Source: Gemmatimonadota bacterium (GTDB taxonomy: Bacteria; Gemmatimonadota; Gemmatimonadetes; Gemmatimonadales; GWC2-71-9). From it: a DNA stretch of 30,579 nucleotides. Below are positions 27,989 to 30,579 of the stretch, piece by piece (positions within the stretch are counted from its first letter, which is position 1; each line of letters opens with the position of its first letter). The notes under the pieces were generated by a model. The model was not told where the DNA came from. It saw only the letters and a program-made list of their open reading frames with translations, and made no database searches. The position numbers were made by a program, and so were the translations under genes. The stretch is from positions 1-30,579 of the forward strand of contig JBDHKN010000058.1 in NCBI GenBank assembly GCA_039586365.1. The letters are read 5' to 3'.

Positions 27989-28546
27989 TCATCCGCCGCT
28001 ACAGGGAGAGACCTCCGGATGGGCAGTCCAAGTGTCGAAGACCTCTCCCGCCGTCCGCAACTCCACATCGGTTGTTTCTCCGGGCAGCACATCCGTTCGC
28101 TCCGTTGGGCCCAGCTCGGTGCCGTTAGACAGGTGGACCTCGACTCGAACGGCACAGAGCGTCTGTTGGGTCGTGTTCTCGACCGTCCCCACGAAGGCGT
28201 TGGACGCGGGATTGAACGACAACACGAGCCTCGCTCCGTTGCGCGTCGCGTCCCAGGTTTCCCGGAGTCCGATGTACTCGCCCGAACCCTCTCCCTCTTT
28301 ACTGAGCGCGTGTTCACCGCCCTCGCCATGCTCGCCGCGCTCGGCGCTGGCATGTTCACCGGCTCCCTCGGTGCTCGCGTGCTCGCTTGATTCCGCTGGA
28401 CTCGCGTGCTCACCGGTTTCCGCCGTCGCGACCGATTCACCCGCCTCCTCGGCGCCCGCGTGCGGGGCCGGGGAACACGCGGCGATCCCAAGGGACGCGG
28501 TCACTACTGCGAAGATCGCAAGCCACCCGCAAGTTGATTCCCTCAT
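27989..28546 (-). CDS. Hypothetical lipoprotein with His/Glu-rich repeats and a small beta-rich C-terminal domain
   Basis: Start MRES at 28546 with GGAG upstream; hydrophobic stretch ending IAAC; five [G/S]EH units; globular tail GTVENTT..VRVEVHL..ELGP..PGET. Confidence 0.8.
   Translation of the reverse strand: MRESTCGWLAIFAVVTASLGIAACSPAPHAGAEEAGESVATAETGEHASPAESSEHASTEGAGEHASAERGEHGEGGEHALSKEGEGSGEYIGLRETWDATRNGARLVLSFNPASNAFVGTVENTTQQTLCAVRVEVHLSNGTELGPTERTDVLPGETTDVELRTAGEVFDTWTAHPEVSPCSGG
28310..28414 (-). repeat. Degenerate in-frame [G/S]EH(AS) peptide repeats
   Basis: GEHASPAES-SEHASTEGA-GEHASAER-GEHGEG-GEH; units of 27, 27, 24 and 18 nt. Confidence 0.7.
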
Positions 28547-28659
28547 AGTCTGATCGCTCCAATGGTGCCCAGGCATGCTACGCGCCGGGTTGAGTGCCGT
28601 TCTTCCGAATCGTGATAGCAAGGTAAGGTAACGTCGCTTCACTTCGCGGTCTCGCCGAG

Positions 28660-29886
28660 CTACTCAGCCCTCAGTGCCTCGATTGGGTCCAGGGAGGCCG
28701 CCCGCTGCGCAGGGTACGCTCCGAAAAGAGCTCCAATGGCAAAGGCAGAGAAGAGCCCCACTAGTAGGGCAAGGCCGTTGATAGTGGTGTGCCACTCGGT
28801 GCTCTCCCCCACCACCCAGGCCACGGTGGAACCGGCGATCACGCCCAACGCTCCCCCTGCAGCGCCCAAAAAGAGCGACTCTAGCAGGAACTGCGTGAGA
28901 ATGTCCCTGCGGCGGGCTCCTACAGCTACTCGCAAACCAACCTCGTTCCTCCTCTCTCGCACTGCCAGGAGCATGACTGAGAGGACACCTACGCCGCCGA
29001 CCAGCACGGCCACGGCGCCGAGGCCCAGGATCATACGCCGGAACGACGCCACGGTCTGGAGACGGGCCGCCAGGACCAATCGCTGATTCTGGATGGCAAA
29101 ATCGTCCGCGCGGCCGAGCTCGACTGTCCGGTGGCGTGTTCTGAGGATATCGGCAATCTGGGCTGCAGCGTGCTGCATGCGATCCGCGTCCCTCACCTGG
29201 ACGTAGATCATGTTGATGTAATCGACGTTGAACACCCGGCGGAGGGCGCTTCGGATGGGGATGACGACCTGGTTGTCTTCCTCGGAGAGTCCGTCCACCG
29301 TGGTGCCCTTGCTTTCCAGAACGCCAATGATCTCAAACGACGTTCTTCCAACACGAACCGTCTTGCCGATAGGATCTTGGTCAGGAAAGAGAAGCTCCCG
29401 CACCCTAGCCCCCAGCACGACCACGCGGGCAGACATTTGGTTTTCGTCTCGAGTGAAGTACCGGCCCGACACCGTTCGAAAATCACGGACCTCCTCATAT
29501 TCCGGCGTGGTGCCCCGTACAGTCGTCATGGTGGAAACCGTCCCATGCTTGACTCGGCGAGGCCTATCCTGGGACGGTGCAACGAGAGTCACGTCGGGAG
29601 CGCCTACCCGCACGGCTTCCGCGTCCTGCAACACCAGCGTGGTCACCTTGGCGGTGGTTCGCTGCCGCCACGGCACTCTGCTCGCGTCACCGGCACTCAC
29701 GATGAGCAGGTTGCGACCTAGGGCCTCGATCTCACTGATCACCTGCTGCTCGGTGCCCTCACCAACCGCCGTCATCACCAACACGGCCCCAACTCCTACC
29801 GCCATGCCGGAGAGGGCAAGAGCCGTCCGAACGCGGTGGCGGAGGAGTGCCTTGGTGGAGAGTAGGAGATTGCGGGCCAGTCTCAT
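28660..29886 (-). CDS. ABC transporter permease, MacB/FtsX-like
   Basis: RTALALSGMAVGVGAV, large periplasmic loop, VGGVGVLSVML, ERRNEVGLRVAVGA, QFLLES, PAQRAASLDPIEALR; start MRLA at 29886. Confidence 0.92.
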   Translation of the reverse strand: MRLARNLLLSTKALLRHRVRTALALSGMAVGVGAVLVMTAVGEGTEQQVISEIEALGRNLLIVSAGDASRVPWRQRTTAKVTTLVLQDAEAVRVGAPDVTLVAPSQDRPRRVKHGTVSTMTTVRGTTPEYEEVRDFRTVSGRYFTRDENQMSARVVVLGARVRELLFPDQDPIGKTVRVGRTSFEIIGVLESKGTTVDGLSEEDNQVVIPIRSALRRVFNVDYINMIYVQVRDADRMQHAAAQIADILRTRHRTVELGRADDFAIQNQRLVLAARLQTVASFRRMILGLGAVAVLVGGVGVLSVMLLAVRERRNEVGLRVAVGARRRDILTQFLLESLFLGAAGGALGVIAGSTVAWVVGESTEWHTTINGLALLVGLFSAFAIGALFGAYPAQRAASLDPIEALRAE

Positions 29887-29899
29887 CTCACCGGACGCC

Positions 29900-30579
29900 T
29901 TACTCCCGTAACGTCGTGGCTGGTTCCAACTGCGATGCCCTGCGTGCGGGAGCCACACCCGCGATGAGTCCCACGACAACAGCCGCACCCAACCCTAGAG
30001 TGGCCGCTTCCCACGGCATGATGCTGGGAATCTCCATCCCTTGAGCGACGAGTGCGAGCGCGCCGGCAGCCACCACCAGCGCGAGCAGGCCTCCCGACGC
30101 CGTCACCAGCGACGACTCGAGAAGGAACTGGACCCATATGTCCCGAGCCCTTGCCCCCACGGCTTTGCGAAGCCCGATTTCGCTGCGCCGCTCGTTCACT
30201 CCCATGAGCATCAGGTTCGCCACCACGATTCCGCCGATCAGAAGGGATATACCAGCCACGAGCGGCAAGAGCAGGGTGAACACCCGATTCATGGAACCCA
30301 CCATGTCCCGGACTTGTACCGGCGTGATCATGTGAAAATCGTTGGGCTCGTCTTCCGCTAGGGCGTGGCGTTCGCGGATGAGGCCAGTGATGGCTACTAC
30401 GGCGGCGTCGAGATCCGCATCATTCTCGGCCAGGATTTTCGCGGTCCCGATGTAGTCCACATTCATCAGCCTGCGCATCGCGGTTGTGTACGGGACGATC
30501 ACCTCGTTGTCCCGATCCCATCCGTGCGGGTCGATACCCATGGAGTCCAACACTCCGATGACCTCAAACGGCACGTTCC
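29900..30579 (-). CDS. ABC transporter permease, MacB/FtsX-like (5' end outside the window)
   Basis: FEVIGV, IGGIVVANLM, ERRSEIGLRKAVGA, QFLLES, PARRAS; the frame is open to the right edge. Confidence 0.92.
   Translation of the reverse strand, partial: NVPFEVIGVLDSMGIDPHGWDRDNEVIVPYTTAMRRLMNVDYIGTAKILAENDADLDAAVVAITGLIRERHALAEDEPNDFHMITPVQVRDMVGSMNRVFTLLLPLVAGISLLIGGIVVANLMLMGVNERRSEIGLRKAVGARARDIWVQFLLESSLVTASGGLLALVVAAGALALVAQGMEIPSIMPWEAATLGLGAAVVVGLIAGVAPARRASQLEPATTLRE

Noticed and set aside
27476..28553. 304-aa and 192-aa plus-strand ORFs
   Set aside because: Antisense to the M20 and lipoprotein genes, the longer one spanning a terminator; no protein-like motifs.
1..30579. CRISPR arrays, tRNA/rRNA, transposases, integrases, phage or defence genes
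   Set aside because: No regularly spaced direct repeats, RNA gene signatures or such protein motifs seen; intergenic gaps are all under about 400 nt.

Overview
GC-rich (roughly 60-65% by eye) bacterial DNA from a diderm (TonB-dependent receptor, many Tat and lipoprotein signals). The gene style suggests Gemmatimonadota or a similar lineage, which is inference only. The window is densely coding: 24 CDS, two truncated by the window edges, and no rRNA, tRNA, CRISPR array or mobile element seen. (1) 1-9238: a divergent cluster of four Gfo/Idh/MocA oxidoreductases, two xylose-isomerase-like TIM-barrel proteins (all six with twin-arginine motifs) and a DUF1080 lipoprotein, the family set of the oxidation/elimination (3-keto-glycoside) glycoside-cleavage pathway. 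Its left arm also carries a signal-less ApbE flavin transferase translationally coupled to a DoxX/DoxD-type membrane protein, followed by a membrane-anchored Gfo protein that the ORF track misses. (2) 9240-16569: a hexuronate module (uxaA, SDR reductase, IolB/KduI-type isomerase, manD, TRAP transporter) with no uxaC or classical uxaB/uxuB in the window. (3) 16696-27660: S9 peptidase, APC permease plus an aldo-keto reductase/Rid fusion divergent from an Oar-like TonB-dependent receptor, a small basic protein and an M20 peptidase. (4) 27989-30579: a His/Glu-repeat lipoprotein and two MacB-like ABC permeases. The best candidate for an undescribed system is the ApbE-DoxX-anchored Gfo module, possibly a flavinylation-dependent link from periplasmic glycoside oxidation to the quinone pool. 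All functional calls come from motif recognition by eye, not from database searches.
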